From Patescibacteria group bacterium (lineage in GTDB: Bacteria; Patescibacteriota; Saccharimonadia; Saccharimonadales; JAZKJC01), in the NCBI GenBank assembly GCA_040384565.1, contig JAZKJC010000008.1, positions 18,049 to 82,048 on the forward strand: 64,000 nucleotides of DNA. Direction: 5' to 3'. Under the pieces are notes generated by a model, which searched no databases, was not told the DNA's origin, and saw only the letters and a list, made by a program, of their open reading frames with translations. The position numbers and the translations under genes were made by a program. Each line of letters opens with the position of its first letter. Position 1 is the stretch's first letter. Below, piece after piece: positions 29,392-38,192 of this stretch.

Positions 29392-30402
29392 ATGTCAAAA
29401 CTTAAACCAAGAGAAATTGTAATGGACGCTGTAGGTGAAAGCACTACGGCAGATGTCCTATACCCACAAATAATAGTCAACCACGAAGCAGTACCGTTAG
29501 AAAGTGAGGAACAATTAAAGGCTTGGGCTGTAGGAGCTGCTACGGTCAATGCACTGATTAAGTCTAGCGACAGACGTGCTATAAACGACCAGTTATGGCG
29601 TTACTGTGCTGCACCTGACGACTACCCTTTGGAATTGCGTACTATTTACGGTGGTTCAGAAAATCCACATTCAGTTGACGTATTAGACTGGGCTTTGCCT
29701 TCATTAGCTATCGCAGCAGCAATGCAAAGATACGGAATGAGTCCTAGTGTGTCTGTACTTAGTGCAGATGAAGCTTCAATAAGACTTAACGGTCTTCAAG
29801 CAGAAGCCACCACGCAGCACACCAACGATACCCTACAGTTAGTTGAGCGAGTTGGTAGGCGTTACTATCCTAGCGTAGACCTAGAAGTTGGACGTTTAAC
29901 GTGGGACGAATTAACTGCTGAACCATATTCAGACGATGTTGATTTACTACGTAGTCAACAGCTCGGAGCTTCGGTAGTAAAAATAGTAAGCGGTCTTGAG
30001 GAAATGGTACAAAAGCGTGGCGGTGATATAGATAGTGTCTCGGCATACCTCGGTTTACATAACACTGCATACGCTATTTACACAGGCAAGCCCACCATAA
30101 AGATAGCAGGAGCGTCAGAAGAACGCTTCACTGTAATTCAACGTGAGCTAGCCGCAGCTCACTCTGAAATAACTGGCACTAAAGACATAGACAATAAATC
30201 CTGCTTAGTGGCTGGGGTTATACATGATAGCCCAAGTACGGCTCCGTACTATGTACAGGCAGGAATAAAAGTACCAAGTGTACTAGAAAGAATAAACGGA
30301 ATGGACTACCCGCTAGATATTCTGGCTAAGGAATATGGTCTTGGTCGTGTTGCAAGCAGAATAGCCGCTCTAAATATGAACCCACAAGAGGGCTTAGTAT
30401 GA
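29392..30402 (+). CDS. Hypothetical protein, first gene of PheRS-paralog operon
   Basis: 336 aa, RBS AAGGA, ATGA-coupled to next gene. Confidence 0.75.
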   Translation: MSKLKPREIVMDAVGESTTADVLYPQIIVNHEAVPLESEEQLKAWAVGAATVNALIKSSDRRAINDQLWRYCAAPDDYPLELRTIYGGSENPHSVDVLDWALPSLAIAAAMQRYGMSPSVSVLSADEASIRLNGLQAEATTQHTNDTLQLVERVGRRYYPSVDLEVGRLTWDELTAEPYSDDVDLLRSQQLGASVVKIVSGLEEMVQKRGGDIDSVSAYLGLHNTAYAIYTGKPTIKIAGASEERFTVIQRELAAAHSEITGTKDIDNKSCLVAGVIHDSPSTAPYYVQAGIKVPSVLERINGMDYPLDILAKEYGLGRVASRIAALNMNPQEGLV

Positions 30403-31531
30403 AAATGTATATTGAACCACTAAAGAAAGATGTTCTTGACCGCTACCTTGACGTTCAAGACTTAACCCAAGCTGCTGAACCACATGCAGTTAAGTTGTTG
30501 TACCAAAAAATAGAAGACTATATGCGAGCAGCTCACCCAGACAGCAAAGTTATTGTATATCGGCAAAATCCAGTAGTACCTGTTGAAGATAACTACGATA
30601 AATTGCTAATCGGTAAAGATAACATTAGTCGTTCATCTACTTACACGCACTATGCTGACGACACCCACATTCTACGAACCCATACGTCTGCACATATGCC
30701 CCAAATACTTGAGGACTTAGCTAGACGAGATGACTGGAATGATGTTGTTGTTCTATTACCAGGTTTGGCGTACAGACGAGATGTTACAGACAAAACGCAC
30801 TTAGGTGTACTGCACCAGCTAGATATGTGGCGTGTCATTAAGAATAGTCCTGACAAGCCAGCTATTGTTAAAGACGACCTACTAGATGTAGTTAATGGAG
30901 TGGCAAGTGTTGCTGCACCAGGCTGGAAATTACGAATTGTAGATAACCCACACCCGTATACAAAAGGTGGCATTGAAGTTAATGCTGTAAAAGACGGGCG
31001 AGACATTGAAATACTTGAGTGCGGTTTAACGAGCGACCAATTATTGCAAGACTCTGGCTTAGACCCAAATAAGTATTCTGGTTGGGCGTTGGGTATGGGC
31101 TTAGACCGCTTAGTAATGACACTCAAGGCTATTCCAGATATTCGTTACTTGCGTTCTACTAACCCTGACATTGCTAAACAAATGGTTGATTTGACTCCCT
31201 ACAATGAAGTGTCACACCAGCCGAGTATCAAGCGTGACATGTCCTACAGTGTGCCCAAAGGCTATGTTGAGGAAGATATTAACGAGGACATTCGTAATGC
31301 ACTTGGCAATGATATGAATATATTGGAAAGCGGGAAGTCTTGAGTGAAACACTAGCGGAGCAGCTTCCCGACAAAATAAAAGAACGGCTTGGCTGTAAGC
31401 CTAATCAGAAAAATATACTAGTGCGGATTACTCTACGACATCTGGAAAAGACGCTTACAAAAAAGCAAGCCAACGACATCTATGACCATATTTACGGCAA
31501 AATAAATTACGGTACAGGCGGATACCTGTAG
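30399..31531 (+). pseudogene. Monomeric PheRS-like ligase (catalytic + FDX-ACB), frameshifted near 31332
   Basis: LRTHTSAH, PGLAYRRD..DKTH..HQLD, HPYT, EILECG, GWALGMGLDRLVM, RDMSY; C-terminus continues in another frame (31340-31531). Confidence 0.8.
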
Positions 31532-31543
31532 AAAGGCTATAAT

Positions 31544-32590
31544 ATGAATATGAAATACAGTTTTTATGACGACTACACCGAAGGCGCTCACCCAGAAATC
31601 CTAAAATACATAAGTGAGCATAATTTAGACCAACAACTAACATACGGGCGAGATGAGTATAGTAAGTTGGCTGCTGAAAGAGTAAACAAAGCATTTGGCA
31701 CAAATAATGCAGACGTACATTTCTTGCCCACTGGCACTGTCTGTAATGTCATAGGATTAAAGTCTATGCTTCGTGCTATTGAAGGGGTTATTGCGCCAGC
31801 AAGTGGTCATATAAACACCCATGAAACAGGTGCTTTAGAAGCTCACGGACATAAGATTATTTGGGTTGATACGCCTGACGGCAAGCTCACACCAGCCTTA
31901 ATAGACAAGGCTCTAGCTCTCTACGAAGACGAGCATACAGTAATTCCAAAAGTTGTATATCTGACCCAGGTAACTGAACTCGGCACTGTTTACACTAAAG
32001 AAGAACTCAAAACTGTAATTGACTACTCCAAATCAAAGGGTCTTTACACATTCCTAGACGGCGCACGTTTAGCTATGGCAGTCGCTAGCAAAACAGCTAA
32101 TATGACAATGGAAGATGTCGGCAATCTTGGGCTTGATATGTTCTACATCGGTGGCACTAAAAACGGTGGTATGTACGGCGAAGCGTTGGTTATACAAAAC
32201 GATATATTCAAGAAAGACTTCCGCCATTTTATAAAGCAGCGTGGCGGTATGATGGCTAAAGGTCGTTTTATTGGTCTACAGTTTGCTCGGTTCTTTGACG
32301 AAGATAACTTATGGCTTAACCTGGCTAACCATGCTAATGAAATGGCACAGTTGTTATTTAACGGTCTACAGGAACTAGGAATTGAGTTTGACCTTACGGC
32401 AGACGCGAACCAGGTTTTTCCAATCTTAGACAACAAAGTCTATGAGCAGTTGAGCCAAGAGTATGGCTTTTACCCCTGGAATAAAGTTGGTAATGATAAA
32501 ACTAAAGTACGTTTTGTTTGTTCATGGGCTACGCCTAAAGACCAAGTTGAAGCGTTAATTGCTGACGCAAGAAAGATTACCCAACAATGA
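31544..32590 (+). CDS. ltaE: Low-specificity L-threonine aldolase (PLP)
   Basis: F.DDY.EGAHP, HETGA, TELGTVYT, LDGARL, GGTKNG, KGR. Confidence 0.9.
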   Translation: MNMKYSFYDDYTEGAHPEILKYISEHNLDQQLTYGRDEYSKLAAERVNKAFGTNNADVHFLPTGTVCNVIGLKSMLRAIEGVIAPASGHINTHETGALEAHGHKIIWVDTPDGKLTPALIDKALALYEDEHTVIPKVVYLTQVTELGTVYTKEELKTVIDYSKSKGLYTFLDGARLAMAVASKTANMTMEDVGNLGLDMFYIGGTKNGGMYGEALVIQNDIFKKDFRHFIKQRGGMMAKGRFIGLQFARFFDEDNLWLNLANHANEMAQLLFNGLQELGIEFDLTADANQVFPILDNKVYEQLSQEYGFYPWNKVGNDKTKVRFVCSWATPKDQVEALIADARKITQQ

Positions 32591-33120
32591 AGTTTGGCAA
32601 ATTAGACTTCGCAGATGTTAGCCAGCATTCTAACTTAGTAGCTGCGCCGACAGATGAAGCAATTAAACAGCATGACCTTTCAGATGTTCTAGTTGCAGAA
32701 ATTGACGCTGAAGTAGCGGATACAGCAGCTTTCTGTGAAGCTTACGATATTGGAATGGACATATCAGCCAATTGCGTTGTCGTTGAAGCTAAAAGAGCCG
32801 ATAAAACGTGGTATGCAGCTTGTTTAATCTTAGCTACCAATCGGGCTGATATAAACGGCGTTGTAAGACGACACTTAGACGCTCGTAAAATATCTTTTGC
32901 GCCTATGGATACAGCAACCTCGCTGACAAAAATGGAGTACGGCGGTATCACCCCAATCGGTTTACCAGAGGACTGGCAGTTAATTGTTGACGAAGCTATT
33001 ATCCAAAAAGAGCGAGTAATAATCGGTAGCGGTATTCGTGGCTCAAAATTACTTGTAGAAAGCAGCATTTTTTCTAAACTGCCTAATGTTGCTATCAAGG
33101 ATATTGCAAAAACTAGTTAG
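32587..33120 (+). CDS. YbaK/EbsC-family aminoacyl-tRNA deacylase
   Basis: ADTAAFC, SANCVVV, MEYGGITPIGLP, GSGIRGSK. Confidence 0.9.
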   Translation: MKFGKLDFADVSQHSNLVAAPTDEAIKQHDLSDVLVAEIDAEVADTAAFCEAYDIGMDISANCVVVEAKRADKTWYAACLILATNRADINGVVRRHLDARKISFAPMDTATSLTKMEYGGITPIGLPEDWQLIVDEAIIQKERVIIGSGIRGSKLLVESSIFSKLPNVAIKDIAKTS

Positions 33121-33164
33121 AACACAGTGTGGCTACCTCTGTAGTTTAAGGGTAGAATTAGAGT

Positions 33165-34943
33165 ATGTACGGGAAGAACATACTGATTATTCCAACGCAC
33201 GAAGATGTGTTTGGCGAACAGGCTAAGACCGAAGCCCAGATTATTGACGGACTGAAAGAGTTTAGCAGCCTGACTATATTGCACCTATGTACAAAGTTAA
33301 TGCTGTTTCTAAACAGTAGTGGGGCGAAAACTCCCGCAAAACAAACGGAACTTGCGCAAGGCTTACTCAATCAAGAAACGAGAGAACGATTACAGGCATT
33401 TATAGAAAATAGTGACGAAAAAGACCCGAACATACTTATCTTTCACCACTGTCCCGTAATGATGATGGTAAAACTCAATCTTGAGCATAATAATACTGAT
33501 GGTCTTGAGATTACTACCGAAGAAACTCGCACGAAGTTTGCTAGTCTTCTAATTTCTTTATGTGACATCTGGCTTTATAACGACAGGCTTAAAGGGGGTG
33601 GCAGCAAGCAGCAACGCAATTTCTTTTTAGAAGGCTTTCGGGCGTACCAAGCACGACAGTTCCTGCAAGAGAATGACGGCGAACCAATGATAAACCTACT
33701 CACAAGAGGTCGCTACATAGTTGATAAAGTGCGAGCAGATACTCGTCTTACTTTTGATGAGTCCTTCAAAACTGCGACTGGAATGGAACTAACTCTGTAT
33801 ATGGACATTCTTTTAATGCTGACTGCTCAATGGACAATCAACGTTGATACGACCAAGCTTGATGACATTTCGGTTAGAAGCACAGAGGAGTACTTTAAGC
33901 ACACTACACTTAGCGCAGAAGACATAAACAAGTTCTTAGATATTGTCGGCTTCAAGATGGACGATTACACCACACTTAATCAAAGATACCTTGAAATGAT
34001 AGGTATGCCTGATGACGACCACTTAGTAAACTTTATAACTTTTATGAAGAAGCCGATACTTCGCTACGACAACAAGTTTTTGTGCCTAAGCCCTAACTTC
34101 CTGCTTCTACAGCTTACCGAAGGACCATATAATATCGTTCGTGAAGCTATTAAGGGTACAAAGCAGGAGCAATTGTTACCTGTAGTTTGGGGCGATACTT
34201 ATGAGCAATATGCACTTGAAAGACTAGCAGCTACGTTTCCCAAATCAACTCATCAGAAACTTAAAGACAAGAATAACTCCGAAACAATAGACGCCTTGAT
34301 TGACCTAGATGATGTTGTTCTGCTAACAGAAATTAAATACCCGCATTGGTCATTCAGGGCAAGAATTACTGGTAAGCGTGAAGATATGCACGGCTATATG
34401 GAAAGAATTGCTCGCTATAAGCCAAAGAAAGAAAAGCTGGGACAGCCAAAGGTTGATAAGAAAAAAGGGCTTGGTCAAATCAAGTACTTCGTTGAAAAAG
34501 TAGCAGACGACACTGCTGTAGCCCCTGTAGATTTAACTAAAAAGCTATTAGTTCCGTTGCTAATTGTTGGCGAGGAATACCCAGTAGACCCTATAAACCG
34601 CCAGCTACTTGAGGGTTATGCTGCTAGCGAAGGCTGCTTGATAACAAAAGATAGTAGAGTGTTGCCATTCGTACTTATTACCAGCGAGGAACTTGAGCTT
34701 ATTGAATCGCTGGTAGAGGGTATAGGGCTTGAGGAAACAAAGAAATTGTTTATGACTTACGTTATGCGCCTACACCCAGACCACCGAGAACCCGAATATC
34801 ATAAACGAGCTACATCATTTAAGAATGAAGTCTTTAACCGAAAGATAAAAGTACCTAATAATATGTTTATGAAAACTCAATCCAAAGCAGCATTTGAACC
34901 AGTCAGAGCATATTTTAAGAATAAATCAGACCTGCCTTTATAA
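33165..34943 (+). CDS. Hypothetical protein with C-terminal PD-(D/E)xK/NERD-like nuclease motif
   Basis: GDTYEQY...IDALI...LTEIK...KGLGQI. Confidence 0.6.
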   Translation: MYGKNILIIPTHEDVFGEQAKTEAQIIDGLKEFSSLTILHLCTKLMLFLNSSGAKTPAKQTELAQGLLNQETRERLQAFIENSDEKDPNILIFHHCPVMMMVKLNLEHNNTDGLEITTEETRTKFASLLISLCDIWLYNDRLKGGGSKQQRNFFLEGFRAYQARQFLQENDGEPMINLLTRGRYIVDKVRADTRLTFDESFKTATGMELTLYMDILLMLTAQWTINVDTTKLDDISVRSTEEYFKHTTLSAEDINKFLDIVGFKMDDYTTLNQRYLEMIGMPDDDHLVNFITFMKKPILRYDNKFLCLSPNFLLLQLTEGPYNIVREAIKGTKQEQLLPVVWGDTYEQYALERLAATFPKSTHQKLKDKNNSETIDALIDLDDVVLLTEIKYPHWSFRARITGKREDMHGYMERIARYKPKKEKLGQPKVDKKKGLGQIKYFVEKVADDTAVAPVDLTKKLLVPLLIVGEEYPVDPINRQLLEGYAASEGCLITKDSRVLPFVLITSEELELIESLVEGIGLEETKKLFMTYVMRLHPDHREPEYHKRATSFKNEVFNRKIKVPNNMFMKTQSKAAFEPVRAYFKNKSDLPL

Positions 34944-34986
34944 ACCGAGAAACAGAATATATCTATATATATTAGTTTTTGCGCTT

Positions 34987-35121
34987 TCAAACAGTATCCC
35001 ATATCGGTTCTAAGCCAAATGCGTCAGACTCAAAGAAACGCCGAGCATTATCTACTTCACGGGCTAGGCGCACGATAGCGTCATAATACTTAGTGCGGAA
35101 CATGTACGGTAGAGGGAGCCA
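34987..35121 (-). other. Displaced recombinase C-terminal coding fragment at right att site
   Basis: Reads WLPLPYMFRTKYYDAIVRLAREVDNARRFFESDAFGLEPIWDTV* from the repeat, in the recombinase WLP frame. Confidence 0.75.
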
Positions 35122-35217
35122 AATAAGAACACCTTAAAACGCCTCGCTCGTACGGTTAGACTTGACTAATTCAGTATAAGCACTAAGCTTAAGCTAATAG
35201 TTAGTGAGTTTAACTGG

Positions 35218-37386
35218 ATGGTCAAAGCAATGAATGAGCAGCCTGATATACAGCTCCCCGAAAGTTCTAATAGTTTAAAGTCCAAAATCACAAAACGTTT
35301 ACGCATTGATCGATTGCATATTTCTTCTCGGGCAAAAGCTGTGGTAGCAGTAGTGTTATTCGCAGTAGTTGGATCAGTACTACTATTTATCACAAATGCC
35401 TTACCAACGAATGTTATAAATTCAGCCAATTTTTCCGCAGAAGGTGAGTTGAAGCGATACATAATCGAAGATTTTGAAAAGATTAAAGGTGGCAAAGAGG
35501 GGTTTCACCGTGAAGAATTTTTCCTGAAAACAAATACAGGCGACCAAGTAAAATTAAACTTGCCCGAGGAAGCTCAGCAAAAACTTAAAGGGGGCTCCAG
35601 GGTAAGAATAAGTGGTAATAAAACAGGCGATACAGTAACAGTAGAACAAAATTATGCAGCCTCTATACAGGTCCTTGCAGAACCTCCCGCGGGAACAGAC
35701 CTGACAACTACTGACCCTTCTACTACTACGGCCAGCACAAACCGTAAAGTAGCGGTGATATTAATTAATTTTACTGACGATACCAGTCAACCAGTAACAG
35801 TTGATGCGGCTCGGCGGGAAGTTTTCACGGATCCCAACTATTCTGCTAACGCTTTCTACAAAAGAAGTTCTTATAACCTACTGGGTCTGACTGGGCATAC
35901 TAATGTCGACGGTGACATATTTGGGTACTACACCATAGGCGCCACAAAGTCCGGGAACTGCGACTACACTTTATGGGGGAGGCTTGCCGATCAAGCTGCC
36001 CAGTCTGCAGGCGCTGATTTGTCAGTATATAATCATATTATCTATGCTTTTCCTTCAGCGAATTGTGGCTTTGGGGGCATAGCAGATCTACCTGGTAGTC
36101 ATGTTTGGCTCAATGGTAGTATCTCAGGCACTCCACTTAGCCATGAGCTAGGACACAACCTCGGTCTGTACCATGCTAATGGCTTTGCCTGCAAGGATAC
36201 GTATGGTTTTACAGTATCAATAAGTGATAGGTGCAGCAGCCTTGAATACTATGACATGTTTGACACCATGGGCTCGGGATTTAACTTAGATGATTTTAAT
36301 GGGTATTACAAAAGACGCCTCAACTGGTTGGTTCCTTCAAATACGCAGACCGTAACTACAAGCGGTGATTATACGATCAATAGCCTCGAATCTACTGGTT
36401 CGGGAGTGAACGAGATAAGAATTCCGCGCTACGTCACTGCTGCAGGAATTACTCAGTATCTTCACCTTGAATATCGGCAGCGTAATGGTGAAGGTGTCCT
36501 TGTGCGACAAGTTGATGAAACCTTTGGAAGATCATATCTATTTGATACAACCGACGAAACCGCATTCTTTTGGCAGTTCAAGGACGCGCCACTTGCTATT
36601 GGCAGGACATTAACAGATGCTACTTACAATATCACCATAACACCTATATCTTCGACGCCGTCAAGCGTCAAAATACGCATTACTATTACTGGAACCACCA
36701 TCACAAAAGGCAAACCTAGCAAAAGAACAACAACCACGCCCGCCCCCCCAGAAAATGCCCAGTATGTATCTACTACTGCGCCTTTGGCGGTAAAGCCAGG
36801 TGGTCAGGTATTTAGCGCATCAATCACAATGAAGAATACCGGCACAACTACCTGGACTGCGGCGGATTATCAGCTCGGTGCAATTGTCATACCCTCCAAC
36901 AAATGGGGACAAACCCGGTTGAGTCTAAGTCGAGATGTAGCACCGGGAGCGACGGCCACATTCACCGGCACGTTCACGTCACCTGAGGCTATGGAATTTG
37001 ACAGAGCGCAATCTTTCAGTTGGCGCATGCTGAAGAACTCTACAAATACTTGGTTTGGCGGTGCCTTGACCAAGGCGATCACTGTCTCGAACGATCTGAC
37101 GGCGCCAGCACAACCTATGGACCTAAAGACCACTGCCGTAACTTCGAGCAGCGTGTCGCTGTCTTGGACTGCCTCTTCCACGCCAGGTGTGGCAGGCTAT
37201 CGTGTGTATAGAGTAAATAGTGGCGGTGCATTATATCTTGCAGGCTACACGACGTATACAACAGTATTCACCGATGCGATCGGTTTGAGCCCGTCTACGC
37301 CATACACATACTATATCGTGGCAATTAACTACAACGGACTAGAGTCTCTACAGTCTACGTCTGTAAACGTTACTACTCTAAAATAA
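35218..37386 (+). CDS. Membrane-anchored zinc metallopeptidase (M11/M6-like) with Ig-like and FN3 domains
   Basis: TM, HELGHNLGLYH, EYYD.FDTMG Met-turn, FN3 (VSLSWTAS...GLSPSTPYTYYIVA). Confidence 0.88.
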   Translation: MVKAMNEQPDIQLPESSNSLKSKITKRLRIDRLHISSRAKAVVAVVLFAVVGSVLLFITNALPTNVINSANFSAEGELKRYIIEDFEKIKGGKEGFHREEFFLKTNTGDQVKLNLPEEAQQKLKGGSRVRISGNKTGDTVTVEQNYAASIQVLAEPPAGTDLTTTDPSTTTASTNRKVAVILINFTDDTSQPVTVDAARREVFTDPNYSANAFYKRSSYNLLGLTGHTNVDGDIFGYYTIGATKSGNCDYTLWGRLADQAAQSAGADLSVYNHIIYAFPSANCGFGGIADLPGSHVWLNGSISGTPLSHELGHNLGLYHANGFACKDTYGFTVSISDRCSSLEYYDMFDTMGSGFNLDDFNGYYKRRLNWLVPSNTQTVTTSGDYTINSLESTGSGVNEIRIPRYVTAAGITQYLHLEYRQRNGEGVLVRQVDETFGRSYLFDTTDETAFFWQFKDAPLAIGRTLTDATYNITITPISSTPSSVKIRITITGTTITKGKPSKRTTTTPAPPENAQYVSTTAPLAVKPGGQVFSASITMKNTGTTTWTAADYQLGAIVIPSNKWGQTRLSLSRDVAPGATATFTGTFTSPEAMEFDRAQSFSWRMLKNSTNTWFGGALTKAITVSNDLTAPAQPMDLKTTAVTSSSVSLSWTASSTPGVAGYRVYRVNSGGALYLAGYTTYTTVFTDAIGLSPSTPYTYYIVAINYNGLESLQSTSVNVTTLK

Positions 37387-37410
37387 TTTTCGGTTGAAGT
37401 AGCCTAGTTC

Positions 37411-37467
37411 CTAAATAGCAAATTCTTGCTTTATTGCGGTTATAACCTCCTCTATCGTGGTGAGCCA
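37411..37467 (-). repeat. att-like repeat copy 1 encoding WLTTIEEVITAIKQEFAI*
   Basis: GCGGTTATAACCTCCTCTATCGTGGTGAGCCA on + strand. Confidence 0.8.
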
Positions 37468-37479
37468 AATACAACGCTC

Positions 37480-37532
37480 AAAAAAGAAAAGACGCCTCTG
37501 GGTCAGATTCAGCCCCGTATGCGTCTTTTACA
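37480..37532 (-). ncRNA. Putative small RNA hairpin 2
   Basis: TAGACA-17-TATAAT promoter (37567-37539), AAAAGACGC/GCGTCTTTT stem, U tract. Confidence 0.5.
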
Positions 37533-37607
37533 GTTGTAATTATAGCTGTTGGCTATTTTATTGTCTATATTTGGTCTGTTGACAAGGTTGTCACTAAAAA
37601 TGAAGAC

Positions 37608-37661
37608 AAAAAAAAGAAAAGACACGGTTGATACAGTACAGTAACGTGCGCGTCTTATCCA
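37608..37661 (-). ncRNA. Putative small RNA hairpin 1
   Basis: TTGACA-17-TAGTAT promoter (37696-37668), AAGACGCG/CGTGTCTT stem, U tract. Confidence 0.5.
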
Positions 37662-37682
37662 CTTAAAATACTATCAAAACAC

Positions 37683-38066
37683 CTATAATATGTCAATAAT
37701 TTTTTGCGTTTTGGTTATGATTTTAAGGTGTTTTATTTTGTGAGGACCAGCCGATAGGTAGTAGTTTATTCGAGCTATTGCCCTGCTTTGATGCAGTTTG
37801 GCGCGACGCAGATCGAGTACAACATTGCGTGATTGTCTGTGAGCGGCACGCAAATTGTTATCGATAGTTTTCTTGCCATTACCTCTTGGACTTTTGATTT
37901 CCCATTTTATACCGTTGACATCTATATCTGGTGTTTTCTTTGTCTCTGGACGCAAAAATATAACGTCTGCCTTGAAGTGGTATGCCAAAATGAGTGCCGC
38001 CGACAGCTCATGCTCTTTTGGAACATCTACTAAATCAGTTTGAACAATAACAGTGTACTTCGCCAT
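37683..38066 (-). CDS. CdiA-CT-like PD-(D/E)xK nuclease (possible tRNase toxin)
   Basis: HE..AA, KTPDI..NG.KWEIKSP, A.RQS.NVVLD. Confidence 0.75.
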   Translation of the reverse strand: MAKYTVIVQTDLVDVPKEHELSAALILAYHFKADVIFLRPETKKTPDIDVNGIKWEIKSPRGNGKKTIDNNLRAAHRQSRNVVLDLRRAKLHQSRAIARINYYLSAGPHKIKHLKIITKTQKIIDIL

Positions 38067-38077
38067 AATCTGTACCA

Positions 38078-38146
38078 CTATAGCACAGCTACCCCTGTTA
38101 GGTCATGTTTTATTATGGTTATGACTTCCTCTATCGTGCTGAGCCA
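38078..38146 (-). repeat. att-like repeat copy 2 encoding WLSTIEEVITIIKHDLTGVAVL*
   Basis: GGTTATGACTTCCTCTATCGTGCTGAGCCA on + strand. Confidence 0.8.
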
Positions 38147-38153
38147 AGCATAG

Positions 38154-38183
38154 GCACTTACCGAAAGGGTAGGTGTTTTTGTT
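38154..38183 (+). terminator. Intrinsic terminator just right of att core
   Basis: GCACTTACC-GAAAG-GGTAGGTGT then T tract. Confidence 0.65.
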
Positions 38184-38192
38184 AAGAATATA

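Larger units (their letters stand above)
22478..35122. mobile_element. Serine-recombinase integrative element, about 12.6 kb
   Basis: Direct repeat GGGAGCCAA at 22478-22486 and 35114-35122; recombinase at left end; AAA_25 replication-type gene; cargo. Confidence 0.8.

Noticed and set aside
22453-35122. Prophage or conjugative element
   Set aside because: No capsid, terminase, tail, relaxase or T4SS genes visible
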